A DNA stretch of 64,000 nucleotides from Felis catus (GCF_018350175.1 NC_058368.1:28584001-28648000); one strand, 5' to 3'. Shown: positions 1 to 12,545, numbered from the stretch's first letter. Notes: a model not told the origin generated them from the letters alone. Made by a program: numbers and translations.

Positions 1-3000
1 ACCCACTGTCATCTAGACCTAACGCATAAATACGCTTATAGCCTCTCGTTTACATTTTCGCCCTTTTTCCTTTGGAACTCTTACTTTTCTAATTTTCCAT
101 TAGTTTTGAACAGTTTCATCAGAGCCAAGTAGACAAAAACCACATAAAAATAAAAACAAATTTTAGTAAGTAAAATGTACCCTAGGATCCTAGTATCACT
201 GTCTAAGGACTACTTTGTAAATACTCCCACAGTTTTTAAGTTTTGGCTAGAATTCAAACTACCCATCCCCTCACCCCCACCCCAGGATATCATCTATGAT
301 ATTTGGCTAAGTATCTTCCCACCCATCTATTCCCACCACCAAAATATTTTCGTACTGATTAGAAATGTAGGTAATGCCTCTATTTCCACTGATTTGATTG
401 CATTCTAAAGCTAGCATTAAAGAAAATACACAGAAACCTGAATGTTAACATTTATCTTCTTTCAGGCCCAATGCCTTGGCTGGAGGAATGATAAGGCTGT
501 TTATTTAAATGCCCTCACTTAACTAAATAATTTCATTTTATCTTCAAATATGAAAAATGTCATGAAGTCCAGTAACTGACTCTCAACTCCAGACATGGGT
601 ACATTGCAGGCCAGAAGTTCTGTTCTCTTTACTATTATTCAGCATCAGTACCTGAGACTATGTCTACTCTTTTGAGTAGATCCATGTAGAATCATGGAAT
701 CATATCATCATGTTTTAGGTTTCATCAAAAAAAGAATGAGGAGAGTAAATCCTTACAGGTATGCTATTATGCACAATAAGGAAGAATTCAGGGTCTTGTG
801 TAAAGTGAATATTTCCTATTCAATATTAAATGTTCCTATTATAAATATAAATGAGTATACTTTTATGGTAAAGTATTAAAGTTGCCTATATTTGCAATCA
901 AACAGCAGATCTTCAATAACTGCCAAATGGACTCCTAGTCAAAGCAGACGTTCCTTAGTCCAAGGTCTTTGAGGATCCACAGACTGGGCTTCAGGAACTC
1001 TGGTTTGCTTGAAATATTATTATTGGTTTTATATGGCATGTTGCATAGGTACATCATGGGGAGAGACTCCACAGCTTTGGTGAGATTCTTAAGGGGATCA
1101 CCCAAGAGACACTGAAGAATCCCTGATTTTGAGGAATTTTGTGTCTTTCAATATATATTTAGATTCAGCTGATATTTCCTCCCTTAGATCCAAAGGTCTG
1201 AAATAATTAAAATTTAAGTATTCTTTTTTCCCTAACTTATCACCCCTTTTTCTCCTATACATCACTTTTCAGAAATTTGGGTAACATTTTTTTAAAAAGA
1301 ACTTAAATGAGAATTCCTCTTAGACTTGGTGGTCATACATGTATGCCCACAGGTTTTCAAATAAAATCACTTAAATATCATTTTGTGCCACACATGTAAG
1401 ACCTCTGAAGATTTTTTTTTTTTTGGACTATCTGAATATCAACTACTAACATATGAAACAAGATGTTAAGAATGCATGCTTTGTGAGAATATAAGGATTA
1501 ATGTCTGTGCTAACTGCTATATCCAACAGTCCCGGGACATAGTAGGTGCTGGATAAAATATCTGCTGAGTAGATAAAAGGGGCTTCAGTGTTTAAAGAAA
1601 AAAACCTAATTTTTTAAGGACAGTTCTGCAGTCTGGATAAAGTGTCATGGTTCATTCGTACATTCCTATTAGGGCTCTAGTTTTAAAGGCTAATACATGA
1701 GCGTTTTCATTTTTGTCACTTTAAGTAAAGCAACATTAGAAGTTTTTCTCTACTTTTCTAGGCACAAAGTAGTTCTGCCATCAGTACCCTAGAGCAAAAT
1801 GAACTTAAAAGGGTACTTTTCAATGTGATTGGTGTTGGCTTACAGCATCCAGGTTCAAAAGATATTTCATATAGGAAAGTTTAAAAGTAAAAAAGTAACA
1901 AAATCAGGTCAGTGAGTTTAGTTCTCAATGGTCTTTGATTTAAACTTCAAAACAGAACTGTAGTTTTAGTTTCAGGAATAATTTAATCCCCAGTGATAAC
2001 CACAGAAGACATACGAGCAGATGGGCCAACCTAAGGACATGTTCAAATTTACAAAAGCAAAGACAGCTGCAGATACAGATAGATCAGAGTCCAAGGACAC
2101 TTCTGAAAGGTCGGGAAACAAGAGGCAGAGAAATGTATTTGGGCAAAGGAGCTGAGGGTGTAACATACTCAGAAAAGAAAAAGGAAAACCAAGCCTGGCA
2201 CCTGACCTAGAAGCTCTTAACAGGCAGGGGGCCAGCCTGAGCAGACACGCAGAGTCCCTGAGAAAAGAGCATCCGAACACGTTGAACAGAACACGGGTGA
2301 GGCCAGAAATTTCAGACGAGGCTTTCCAGAGAGGCTCAAGAATTTCACCCAACACGGAGTAGCAAACATCGAGGCAGGGCGTGGAGAGCCAAAATTCGAT
2401 GCCAGGGAAAAGGCAGCCCACACAGGATTACAGAGCTCTGAGTGAGACGGGGATTCCGGGGTAGAATCCCTGGAGGGATGTGAGATGGTTCTGACTGTCT
2501 GAATTAGAAGAAAGAAGGAAGTTGGAGGAGTTTGAGGGAACAAATCCAAAGCCCCCCGGTCTCCTCCTCCTTATCCTCAAACACACAAAACACACGCACA
2601 CGCTCCTCTCGGTCCCTAAAATTACCCAACCTCCGGGCTGCAAGTGAAGTGAGATCAAGGTTAGCTTCTCACTCCATCCCTGCCAAAACCCTTGAACCCT
2701 GGAAAAGCCGGGGCTGTAGCGGCTAGCGGGAGGCGTGGCTCCAGGCTCCCGGCCGGGAACAGCCTCCGCCGCCGGCGGTCCTTAGGAACCTGCGCGCCCA
2801 GGTGACGGCCGGGGCGCGGTCTCAGGAGGGAAGAGCGGTCCCTCCCGGCCCGCACGCTGACCCCACCGTCTGGGTTCCTCCTCTCCTTCCTCCAACCCCC
2901 CTTCCCCCGGCTCTAAAATCAAGTCAGAAGTTGAGAATTCGATGGAGCAACGGAAACGGTCCTCCGAGGGCCGTCGTCAGCGGTTTGCCAGCGGCCGGCC

Positions 3001-3199
3001 CCACGGGGAGAGCCTCCGCTGGCCGGACAAAGGCGCTCCGGGAGGCGCGCGAGTAGGAGCCCGGGCGGCGGAGGAAGCGCTGCCCCGGCTGGGAAGCAGC
3101 TGGGGACCTCATCCCGGGCCATTTCCTGAACGGAACCCGGCCCGGGCGGGGGGGAGCAGAGGAGAAGCGGGAGGGGGTGGGCGCGGGCGCTGTACCCAC

Positions 3200-3570
3200 C
3201 GGTTCCTCCCAGGCCGGGCTGCGGGCGCCGGGCGCGGGGCGCACGTGCTGCGGCTCCATCGCGCCGCCCGCGCCCGCCGGCCGCCCGGGCGCGGGGACCC
3301 GGGCCCCCGCCGCCGCCGGGGCCGCTGGATGCGCTTCCCTCGCCGCGGTCCTCTCGGCCGCTGCCGCCGCCCCGGCTCCTGCCCGGGGCCAGCCACCGGC
3401 GCTCCCGCCGTCTCCGGCTTCCGCCGCGCTGCGCTCTCCCGCCCCCGCGCCGGTCCCTTCCTCCTCCTCCACCGCCTCCTCCTCCTCCTCCTTCTCCTCC
3501 ACCTCGGTCCAGCTCCAAGCGGTCCGCTCCCCGCCGCCGCTGCCACCGCCTCCCACGGCCACAGAATCCG
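3200..3570 (-). other. Probable first exon of an unidentified minus-strand gene (upstream boundary approximate)
   Basis: Minus strand is G-rich with GGC/GGA runs typical of 5' leaders and ends at a good donor CCG|GTGGGT (GT at 3199-3198); promoter motifs lie just upstream at 3600-3710. Confidence 0.6.
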
Positions 3571-3676
3571 CCCCTCGCTCCTTCCTCCGCCCCCGGCTCC
3601 CTCCCCTTTTCCTCCCCGCTTCCCGCCCCTCCCCCCCCCCCCGCCGCCCCCTCCTCCCAGCGGGCGGCCCGGGACG

Positions 3677-3684
3677 CACGTGAC
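3677..3684 (-). promoter_or_regulatory. E-box GTCACGTG (USF / MiT-TFE CLEAR-type)
   Basis: CACGTGAC on + at 3677-3684, inside the CpG island; binding is inferred. Confidence 0.6.
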
Positions 3685-3696
3685 CCCCCTGTCAGG

Positions 3697-3706
3697 CCTT
3701 ATAAGG
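3697..3706. promoter_or_regulatory. Consensus CArG box CCTTATAAGG (SRF site)
   Basis: Exact CC(A/T)6GG match within the 12-bp palindrome GCCTTATAAGGC (3696-3707); a rare AT run in a very GC-rich island. Confidence 0.7.
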
Positions 3707-4629
3707 CGCGGAACCGAAAGCGGCCGCCGGGTGGTCACGGGCACCGGGCGGCCCGGCGGGCAGGAGCGGCCGTCCCCGGGGCCGGGCGCCGAGCCGCGGC
3801 CGGGCGCGCCGGAGCGGCGGGGAAAGCCCGGGCTGGGCGGGCCGACGCGCCGGCCACGGGAGCGGCGGTGGCTGAGAGTCCCGGGAGACGCCTCCCAGCG
3901 CCCCTCTCCCTCTCTCCCTCTCCCGGTGCTTGCAGCCCGAGCCCGCCTCCCTCCGAACGCCGGCTGCCGGTGCTGCGGGCACCTCCCCCTCCTCCGGGCG
4001 CCGAGGCTCGAACGAAGCCACACTGGACAGTTACCGACTTCCACAGAGCAAGGGAACTGCACTCCAGAGCCGCTCCTGAACCAGCTGTGCAGGGATGGTT
4101 TATTCTCTGTGATGTTAAAGAGATTGCAGATGGGTTAGCATCTGCAGGAGGGTTGAAGCTTGAAGGAGTGCTTCTTTTACTCATGTTTAATGATTAACGG
4201 TTTCGTGGAAAGAACAGGCTACGGAGTCGATCTGCCTTCCAATTCCAGCAATACATTCAAATTTGGGAAAGGGACTGGCTCACAGTGAGTGCTCAATAAA
4301 TGGCAAGTCGCCTCCTCCAGCCTTTGAAAACAACGTTACAAATGGCGTTTCTGATCATCTTTGTGGTGTAGAAATCGGTTTCCATCTAGTTCCAAGCCAA
4401 GAATGGCTTTTCACAGGTTATTCCCTAGCTTGGACTTCAGGCTCCTTCTATCAGCATCTTCCCAGGGCTCTTAATCATGTCAAACACATTCCCGCATTTT
4501 AAAAACAAACTGCAAAAATTAAAAAAAAACACACAACAACAACACTTACTTGATCCAGTCCCCACCTTCTCGCAGCCAAGCTCTTTTGGAGATAAACACC
4601 TGTTCTCATTATTTTCACATCCATTTCTT

Positions 4630-5890
4630 AATCTACCACTCATTCTTCCCTGCAGACCAACTTTCATGAGGTGACCCTGACAAAGGTCACTTATGGCTTT
4701 AAAAAGGCCCTAAACAAGTATACTGTTGTTGTTGTTATTTTCAATTCTCTTCTTAATTAACCTATCTGTAGTGTTTGTCATTGGGGACCAGACTTCCCTT
4801 GGCCCCTTCCATTGGCCCCTATGACACTTCCGTCTCTAAGTTCTCTGTTTCATGCTCAGCCTTCTTGCCACCTCTTACCATGTTGGAGTGGCTAAATAAT
4901 TTGCCCTTGGTCCGTTTCTAACACTGCTTGATCTTTCCACACAGCACCCATGACTTCAACTACCAACCATGTGCTGATAACTCATAAACGTCCACCCCTA
5001 TCCCAGATCTCCAGTTCTGTAAAGCCAATTTCTTACCAGAAATTTCTATCCAGACATCCCATGGGCCTTAAACTCAGCTTGACTAAAACAGAAGTTAATT
5101 TTCCTGCCAGCTGGCTTTTCTCTGTAGTCTTATGCTCTCAATAAATACCTTCACGATCCACCTAGTTATCTAAAGGAGAAATCTGAAAATTGTCCCAGGT
5201 TCCTTCTTCTCTCTTCCATTTGCCCCCTCCACACACCAGAGGTTCCTGTATATCACCTTCCCTCCAATGTCACTGTTCTTGTCTGGTTTCAGATCCTGTG
5301 TTTCAAGCCCCTGAAACATTGCATTTCTTCCCTTATTAGTCTCACTGCCTCAAAGCTGGTAGGACCTTCACCCCTGCCATCTCTTACATTGTGGCCAAAG
5401 TAAACCTTCTAAAATACAAAACTGAGTGGGTCATTCCCTGGATAAGCCCTTCAAATGACTCCCCATTACCTGTAAGATGAAGTCCTAGTATCTTAGCCAG
5501 TACCTATTTCTCCAGTCTTATCAAACAACTCTGAGGTCCTTGCATGCAGTTCCCTGTAAGGCCACTTAATTTTATGCTGTGCTCTCTCAAGGGATGCCCT
5601 TCCTCTTACTCAGCCTGTCCAAACACCTGCTCATCTTTCAGGATGCAACCTAAGGGCCGCTTTGTTATGAAATCTTTTGACACTGCTGCAGATTAGGACT
5701 AAGCACTCACTCTAGATGCAATGCACATCCCCTACCCCATTGCAACGCCTTGGAAGATTTTATTAAACTCATTTTTTAACATATAATATCCCTGATGACA
5801 AGTATTATGACTGACTTATCTCCATCTTCCTAGCTCTCAGTACAGTTTCTGCTGCATCAAAGGTGCTCAGTAAATGTTGAATGAATTATG
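4630..5890 (+). mobile_element. Degenerate L2 LINE remnants
   Basis: Pyrimidine-rich L2-like motifs, ending in the typical L2 3' end GTGCTCAGTAAATGTTGAATGAAT. Confidence 0.6.
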
Positions 5891-5939
5891 TGATAGAATT
5901 TGAGTTTCATCTTTTAAGGCTATAGAAAATCAGTTTCCT

Positions 5940-6149
5940 GGGCAACTGGGTGGCTCCCTCGGTTGAGCATCCAACACTTGATTTCAGCTCAGGTCATGAT
6001 TTCATGGTTCTTGTGAGATCCCGACCCAAGTTGGGCTCTGTGCTGACAGGGCAGAGCCTGCCTCTCTCCCTCTCTCTCTGCCCCTCCCCTGCTCTAAATA
6101 AATAAATAAATAAACAAACAAACAAACAAACAAACAAAATTTTAAAAAA
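5940..6149 (+). mobile_element. Can-SINE
   Basis: tRNA-like head, CT tract, (AAAT)/(AAAC) tail; TSD AGAAAAT(C/T)AGTTTCC at 5924-5938 and 6150-6164. Confidence 0.92.
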
Positions 6150-6349
6150 AGAAAATTAGTTTCCCATCATTATCTCATTTAATTCTCACATTTCAGCAAA
6201 TAAAATATCATCAACTGTTATAGAGATGGAAATTGAAACTAGACAAGAATAAAGCAATTTGCCCAAGGTTTCACTGTATAAATCGCAAAGCAGGACTATA
6301 ATCCAGTTGCCTAGGCAAATTCATTACATGTTTATCTGTCCATTGTTTT

Positions 6350-8560
6350 TCACCTTAAATTTATTTTGCATGATACCATAGCTTTCTTTTTGTTAGTGGT
6401 TGCCTGGTGTATATCTTCTCATCTCTTTATTTCCAACCATTCTTAGTCACTATGTTTTAAGTATGTCTTGTAAAAAACAGTTGAATTTCGGTATTATTAA
6501 CTCATTCTGAGAGTCTGCCTTTTATTTTAATCAGTTTTCATTTATCATGTATATTAATTAGGGTAAAGGGTTATTGTAAGAAAGAGATCTTCCTCTCTGA
6601 CTCCTCTGAAACATAATGTTTATTTCTCTCTCCTGAAACAGTCTTAGGATAAGTGGTCCAGGTTGTCAGGGTGGTTCCTCTGTTCCATATCTCTATTCCA
6701 TTCCTCAGAGCATTGCCTTTATCTACTTGGTAGAAGCTTCTTAAGGCCTGGATCCAGAAGTGACACACTTCTCATTTGCTTATATCCCATTGGCCAGAAC
6801 TTAGTTACTTAGTCACACCTGGTAGCAAAGGAGCAGGAAAATGGAGCCATTATCTGGGCAGCCATGTTCCAACCACAACTCTATGACTATGGAAGACAGA
6901 AAACAGATTTTAGTAAAAACTAGCATTCTCTTTACATCATGAATACCCTCTTTGGATTTATTACCACCTTCTTGTTTCATATTTATTTAATTTTCTTTTT
7001 CTTTGCTTTTTTTTTTTCTCCTTTCTTGCTTTCTACTGGATTAATTGAATTTTCTTTCATTTACTCTCTTTTTCTAAACACTCCTAGTGTTTTGGAATTT
7101 ATACCTTTTATTTCAATCCTCAGTGATTACCTTTAAAATATTAACATTTATACCTAACACCCAAGATTCCATCAGTATCTTTAACTCCTTCCTTTAAAGA
7201 TAATCTTAAGCAACAAAAATAAATAAAATACTTTAACTCCCAATTCCCCTCCTATAAACTATGTATTGCTGTCTAGCATTGTTTAATTTCCTATTTATTT
7301 TTCAATTCTTTACTAAATTAGTCATCACCATTACTACTTTTATAATTATTTAATTAATTTTCCCAACATATTTCATCAGTGTGTTTCCTTACTATTTGCT
7401 CTTTTTATCCCATTCTCTCCTCCTGGGCTCAATTTATGTCTTGGTGAAGCATGTTCTTTAGTATTTTTTTCATCATATCTGCTAGTAAAATTCTCTGTTT
7501 CATATAATCACTCTCATTTTATTTTCTCTCACATTCTTGAATCAGAATTTCATCAGCTAAGGAAATCTAAGTTGACAATTATTGACTTCAACACCTCGAT
7601 GTTTCTATTTCATGACTTTCTGGCATCTACTGTGGGTGATTAGAAGTCTGGTCGGTCTCATTGTTATTCCTTTATTATAGATTCTTTTTTCACCATAGTA
7701 ACAATATTTTCTTTTTTTCCCCCAGTTGATGTTTACATTAATGATTTGTGTCTAGGTGGATTTGTTTTTTAGATATCTTATTTGGGACTTGATATGCATC
7801 TTCAACCCGAAGACTCAAGTCCTTCTTCAGTTTTGGACAATTTTCAGCCCTTATGTGCTTCAAGTATTCCTCCCCCGCACCCCAACTCCCACCCCATGCA
7901 TTTTTTGGTCTCTGTTTTCTCTTTCTGGAACTCCTATTAAATAGGAGTTTGAGTTTCTCTTTTTCTCAGGCCTTCATTTTTCTTTCATATTCCCCTCTTA
8001 TTCTCTATGCTGACCTTGGGTGACTTTCTCAGATCTCTCTGATTCTCTTGCTCAGATTCCCCTTGCAGTTGTATTATATAGTCTTTAAAATGGACATTGA
8101 ATTTAATTTGTTTACATTTCTAGAATTTTTGTTTCTTTTCTTTTCAAATCTACCTGTTCTTTTTTTTCATAATATCTTACTTTCGTATTAGTCTATCCCT
8201 TTCCTTTATCCCTTTGAACATTCTAAACACATTTACTTAAAAGTCTTTCAAACTGTTCTAATATAGCACACTTATCATGATGAGTAAGGCATAGAATTAT
8301 TGAATCACTATATTGTACACCTGGAACTAATAAAACAATGTACATTAACTATACTGGAATTAAGATTAAAACATAATTTAAAAATTGTTCTAATATCTAT
8401 AGTTAATAGAGTATCAATTCTCCCATTTGTTGCACTTACTGAGTCACAAATGTGGTGGCCTGTTTCCTTGTGCGCTTTATAATGTTTCGCTGTGAGTTCC
8501 TCTTCAATGGGACTTGTTTTCCGTGATGGTTATGCACACCCTATGAGGTGTTACATTTGA
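6350..8560 (-). mobile_element. Old, highly degenerate L1 (L1M-type), interrupted by a MaLR fragment (~6720-6935) and a short L1
   Basis: Long T-rich tract with motifs resembling antisense old L1; no intact ORF. Confidence 0.45.
8265..8381 (+). mobile_element. Very short 5'-truncated L1 3' end
   Basis: L1 3'-terminal motif GAATCACTATATTGTACACCTGGAACTAAT; TSD AAA(C/T)TGTTCTAATAT at 8250-8264 and 8382-8396. Confidence 0.8.
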
Positions 8561-8599
8561 CTCTGCCAGGGACCTGTAGGTTGTCCTGGCTCACTGTGA

Positions 8600-9008
8600 A
8601 TAGCAGTGGATGCTAGGAGACTCAGGCAGATGAGGGCTGACACAGCCTGGGGCTCCTAAGGTCTCTCTCACTCTTTCTAATAGGCTTCTCCGCTACTCTT
8701 CTCGGTATGGTGGCTTCAAGATATCTGGTTTGACTTCTTATAGGATCAGGGTTCCCAAGGTGTGTGGCAAGAGGGAGCAAGCCAGATGGATGCTATATTC
8801 TATTATGACCTCACCTCAGAAATCACATAGCATCACTTTCACCAAATGAATTGGAGTTGTCGCAAAACCCTGGCCAGTTTCAAGGGTATGGAACAGTACA
8901 GGTCTCAAACTTGTCAGTGGGAGGAGTATCAGAAACACTCGAAGAGAAACGTTTCAGATGAGACATACATACTTGTGCAGTCCTCTTTGGAACATACAAT
9001 CTCCCATA
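8600..9008 (-). mobile_element. MaLR (MLT1-type) LTR remnant
   Basis: MLT1-like motifs TATGACCTCACCTCAGAAATCACATAGCATCACTT and CTTTGGAACATACAATCT. Confidence 0.6.
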
Positions 9009-9289
9009 ATGGTAGATCTCAGTAAGTTTCAGGGTCGTGTTTCTCGGCAACCAGAGGTTCTTTCTCAAGTTAGATTATATTCACAGAGGGATATTCCTCG
9101 TCTCTGACCCAGCACCTGGAGGACATGAGTTATCATTCATGAGGAATACAGCCAACTGAAATGCAGGCATAGAGTCCTCTTCTCATTGAAGAAACACAGA
9201 GCAGATCTTTTATGGAGCATATTGGAATCTAACAAAACTTCCCAAAGAAGTAATCTGATAAAGATTCTCTGCTTAAGGATTGTACTTGA

Positions 9290-9493
9290 GGGTTCCCTGG
9301 ATGGCTCAGTCGGTTAAGCGTCCAACTTCAGCTCTGGTCATGATCTCATGGTTCGTGAGGTCAAGCCCCACACGGAGCTCTCTGCTATCATCACAGAGCT
9401 CACTTCGAATCCTCTGTCTGTCCCCCTTTCTTTCTGCCCCTCCCCTGCTTGTTCTCTCTCTCTCTCTCTCAAAATAAATGAACTTAAAAAAAA
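9290..9493 (+). mobile_element. Can-SINE
   Basis: Typical head, CT tract and A tail; perfect 16-bp TSD TAAGGATTGTACTTGA at 9274-9289 and 9494-9509. Confidence 0.95.
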
Positions 9494-9902
9494 TAAGGAT
9501 TGTACTTGAAGCAAGTCTATAAACAGATTACATCTTAGTAATACTGTACCTACCTAAGACAAGAAATAGAAACTGCAGCCCTCATTCCACTTTATCAAAG
9601 TAGTGTGGGGCACACAAAAAGAAGAGCCATAATAAACCCAACTCTCTGTGGGTCACATTGGCTGTTATGCCTGCTGCCTTAATAAAAGCACCCTTCATGG
9701 TTCTTCATGTAACAGGGTGCTGGGGGGTGTTTTCTGTTTATTACAGACCACAACTTAAGTGTACAAATTATACAAATGATTTTATCTCATTCTTCTGCCC
9801 TCATCCCACACGATATCAAGAGAAAAACATTTAAAAATAATTAAACATTTGTTGACTGTGAATCTAAGGATACTAAAAATACAAGTGAAAAGGTAGGTTT
9901 TA

Positions 9903-10126
9903 GGGGGACCTGGGTGGCTCAGTCGGTTAAGCATCGGACTTTGGCTCAGGTCATGATCTCGCAGTTTGTGAGCCCGAGCCCCGCGTCGGGGTCTGTGCTG
10001 ACAGCTCGGAGCCTGGAGCCTGCTTCAGAATCTGTGTCTCCTTCTCTCTCTCTCTGCCCTTCCCCAACTTGTGCTCTGTCTCTCTCTATCAAAAATAAAT
10101 AAATGTAAAATAAAAAAAAAAGAAAA
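9903..10126 (+). mobile_element. Can-SINE
   Basis: Full-length body; TSD GAAAA(G/T)GTAGGTTTTA at 9887-9902 and 10127-10142. Confidence 0.95.
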
Positions 10127-10996
10127 GAAAATGTAGGTTTTAAAAGACAATGTATAAATAAAATGTAAATATTATGTGAATATGTATTAAGAAGTTTCAC
10201 AGGATATACCTCAAGGTGTTTAGTGATTATTCTCAGGCAGGTGGATTCCATAATCTCAGATATTTATTCTTTCTTTTTGATGTCTGGTAGGATTATGCAT
10301 ATTCTTTGACTTTCTTATTTTCCCCACAATAAGTATTTATTGCTTTTTAGAGAAGAAAATTGTTAATAATTGATCATATTCAAGTTAATAAAAATCAGTA
10401 TATTTAGGGAAATATAAATCCTTAAATGCACAAAAAGAGGTATACTGAGACTAGGGAATAAAGCAGAGGAAAAGTGCAAATAACAGGGGCCTAGGGCTAT
10501 GTCTTCTAGGCCAGATGAAGGTGAAGAGTTGGGTCTAAAAGTTAAAATATGACAAATTTCATTGTGACTCAAACTGGTGAATTGTGGGGTTCCCCCAAGT
10601 GAGCAGAGCCAAGGATGGGGCTTTTGTGATCCCTGAGAATACGTTCAGTGGACTTCACCTGGGTGGTGGCAGGTGCCCAGCCCCTTTACATTCAAGGTCA
10701 GAGTTCTAGATCCCAGAAGGAGGCTGTCAAGAACCAAGTATCAGAAATCAATCAAAGCAGAATGCTGGGAACTGGGACAGCAGACATGAAGGGAACGCTG
10801 ACCAGGCAGCCCAGCACCCAATTCAGTGGCCCTCAGGGATGTGCGATCGGGGGCCAACAGGCTAGAGAGGGCAACGGGAGCCAGTGGTCAGTGGTGGCCT
10901 TCAACACTGGGATACAAGCAGTGAACCTCAACAAAGCTACCCCAGATTAAGGGACTAATATTTTTACAGTGGTTTTCTCAGAGCAGATTAAGAGTA

Positions 10997-11153
10997 TAGT
11001 AAAACCTTGGACTGCAAGTAACTTGTTCTGTGAGTGTTCCGCAAGATAAACAAACATTTCTAATAAATTTTAACTCAATAAACGAGGCTATGTCTTGCAA
11101 TTCAAATAGTATGTGATGCGGAATGTCACATGATTACAAGTGAACCAATGATT

Positions 11154-11205
<52 letters not shown>

Positions 11206-11895
11206 GGGATTGTGGGTGATTGTCTCCCATGCTTGGATGCTTGGTCTCAGGTCATGGTGTTTGGCAGAAATCAGTGATTTTTCAGAGTGTTGGAAGGTGC
11301 CCAAAACTGGTACTAGTGTATTTTTTTTTTTTTTTTTGTCACTTCAAAGCACCAACGGACAGTCCTTTGCTTTTCCATACAAGAGTAAGCTTAGGAATGA
11401 TTTGCTTCTTTCTTGATCAGGCATCCTGCAGATACAGACCCTTTCCTCTGCTGCCTCATTACCAGTTACATTAAATACAGTATATGACCAGAGTTTACTA
11501 ATTCTGTACTCTAGTCAACATCCGTGTGAGCACATACAAGTCCCCCATGCAGAAAAAGATTCCATTGAGCTAATAGATAGCTGTGATTCTGTTAGTGATG
11601 GTGAAAGTCGTCCTACACAATAACCCTCCTCTCTCTCGTCTCCCTCACACCAGCCACAAAGGTTTTCAAATGTAAGTGCAGGTTAATTTGTTTATTTTCT
11701 TTATATTTTGTATTTTCTTTATTATTTTGTATTATAGCATTAAAATCATTTTTATATGAATATTTTTGGGCTGTGGAATGAATCATGTAAGTTTCCATTG
11801 TTTCTTATGGGGAAATTCACTTTGATATATACAAGTGCTTTGGATTACAAGCATGTTTCTGAAATGAATTATGCTCCCAGACCAAGGTTTTACTG
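10997..11895. mobile_element. Non-autonomous TcMar-Tigger DNA transposon with both ends
   Basis: TIRs TAGTAAAACCTTGG (10997-11010) and CCAAGGTTTTACTG (11882-11895), 13/14 match, each flanked by TA (10995-96, 11896-97). Confidence 0.85.
11156..11203. repeat. (CT)n microsatellite inside the Tigger element
   Basis: Direct reading. Confidence 0.97.
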
Positions 11896-12429
11896 TACTT
11901 TCTTTTGGAAAACTATACAAGGAAGAGATGAAGGCAAGGAGAGTGAGGTTTGGCACCTTGTCGTTTGAGGAACACTAATATTTAGTGGAAAGCACGTGCC
12001 ATCTGCTGTTAAAGAGAACTGTGCTCAAACTCCTGCTCTTCTACTTACTAACCTGAGACCTTGGGCAAATTGTTTCCTCCATTGTGAAAGGAGCATAATA
12101 ATGCCAATTTCTCAGTACTGTTTAAGGGACAAGTGAAATCCTGTACTAAAAACGTCTGGTATAGTATAGGTGCTTTTTACACACGTGAAAGTTCCAGCTG
12201 AAAAGGAAAAGAAATAAGGGGAAAACTACTTTTCTAAATCTATGTCACCTAGATTAGATGGGGAACATTGTCTTTCATTCCTTCATGGGGGATGTCATAC
12301 AGTCTTTGACATCAGCAGCTACCGGAATGAGAAAACCATAGATTTTTCAAAAGTTTGCACATACCAGGTTTTAAAAGTGCCTTTTAGGTACATGACACTT
12401 GGCTTTGATCATCACAACAACAACATGAG

Positions 12430-12545
12430 GTAATTGTCATCAGCCCCATTTTACAGATGAGGAGAGTAACGTTCAGGGATTGAGCAATTTGCCTGAGGTC
12501 ACAGAACTTGTCAGAGCTATAGAGCTGGCATGTGGAATTCTCACC
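12430..12545 (-). mobile_element. MIR
   Basis: Core motif CCCATTTTACAGATGAGGA...ATTTGCCTGAGGTCACAG. Similar MIR pieces at ~6170-6310, ~12020-12180 and ~17330-17520. Confidence 0.8.

Larger units (their letters stand above)
2700..4020. promoter_or_regulatory. CpG island / promoter of a probable minus-strand gene
   Basis: Abrupt rise in GC and CpG density against the AT-rich, CpG-poor flanks; several GC boxes (CCGCCC), an E-box and a CArG box; the only such island in the window. Confidence 0.93.

Noticed and set aside
3200..3700. Assigning a gene symbol to the promoter
   Set aside because: I do not recognise the leader or the peptide with any confidence; this needs an alignment.
2919..4197. 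Long overlapping ORFs (up to 398 aa) in the CpG island as protein-coding genes
   Set aside because: Open in nearly all frames, low-complexity G/R/P/A content and many non-ATG starts; expected from stop-codon scarcity at very high GC.
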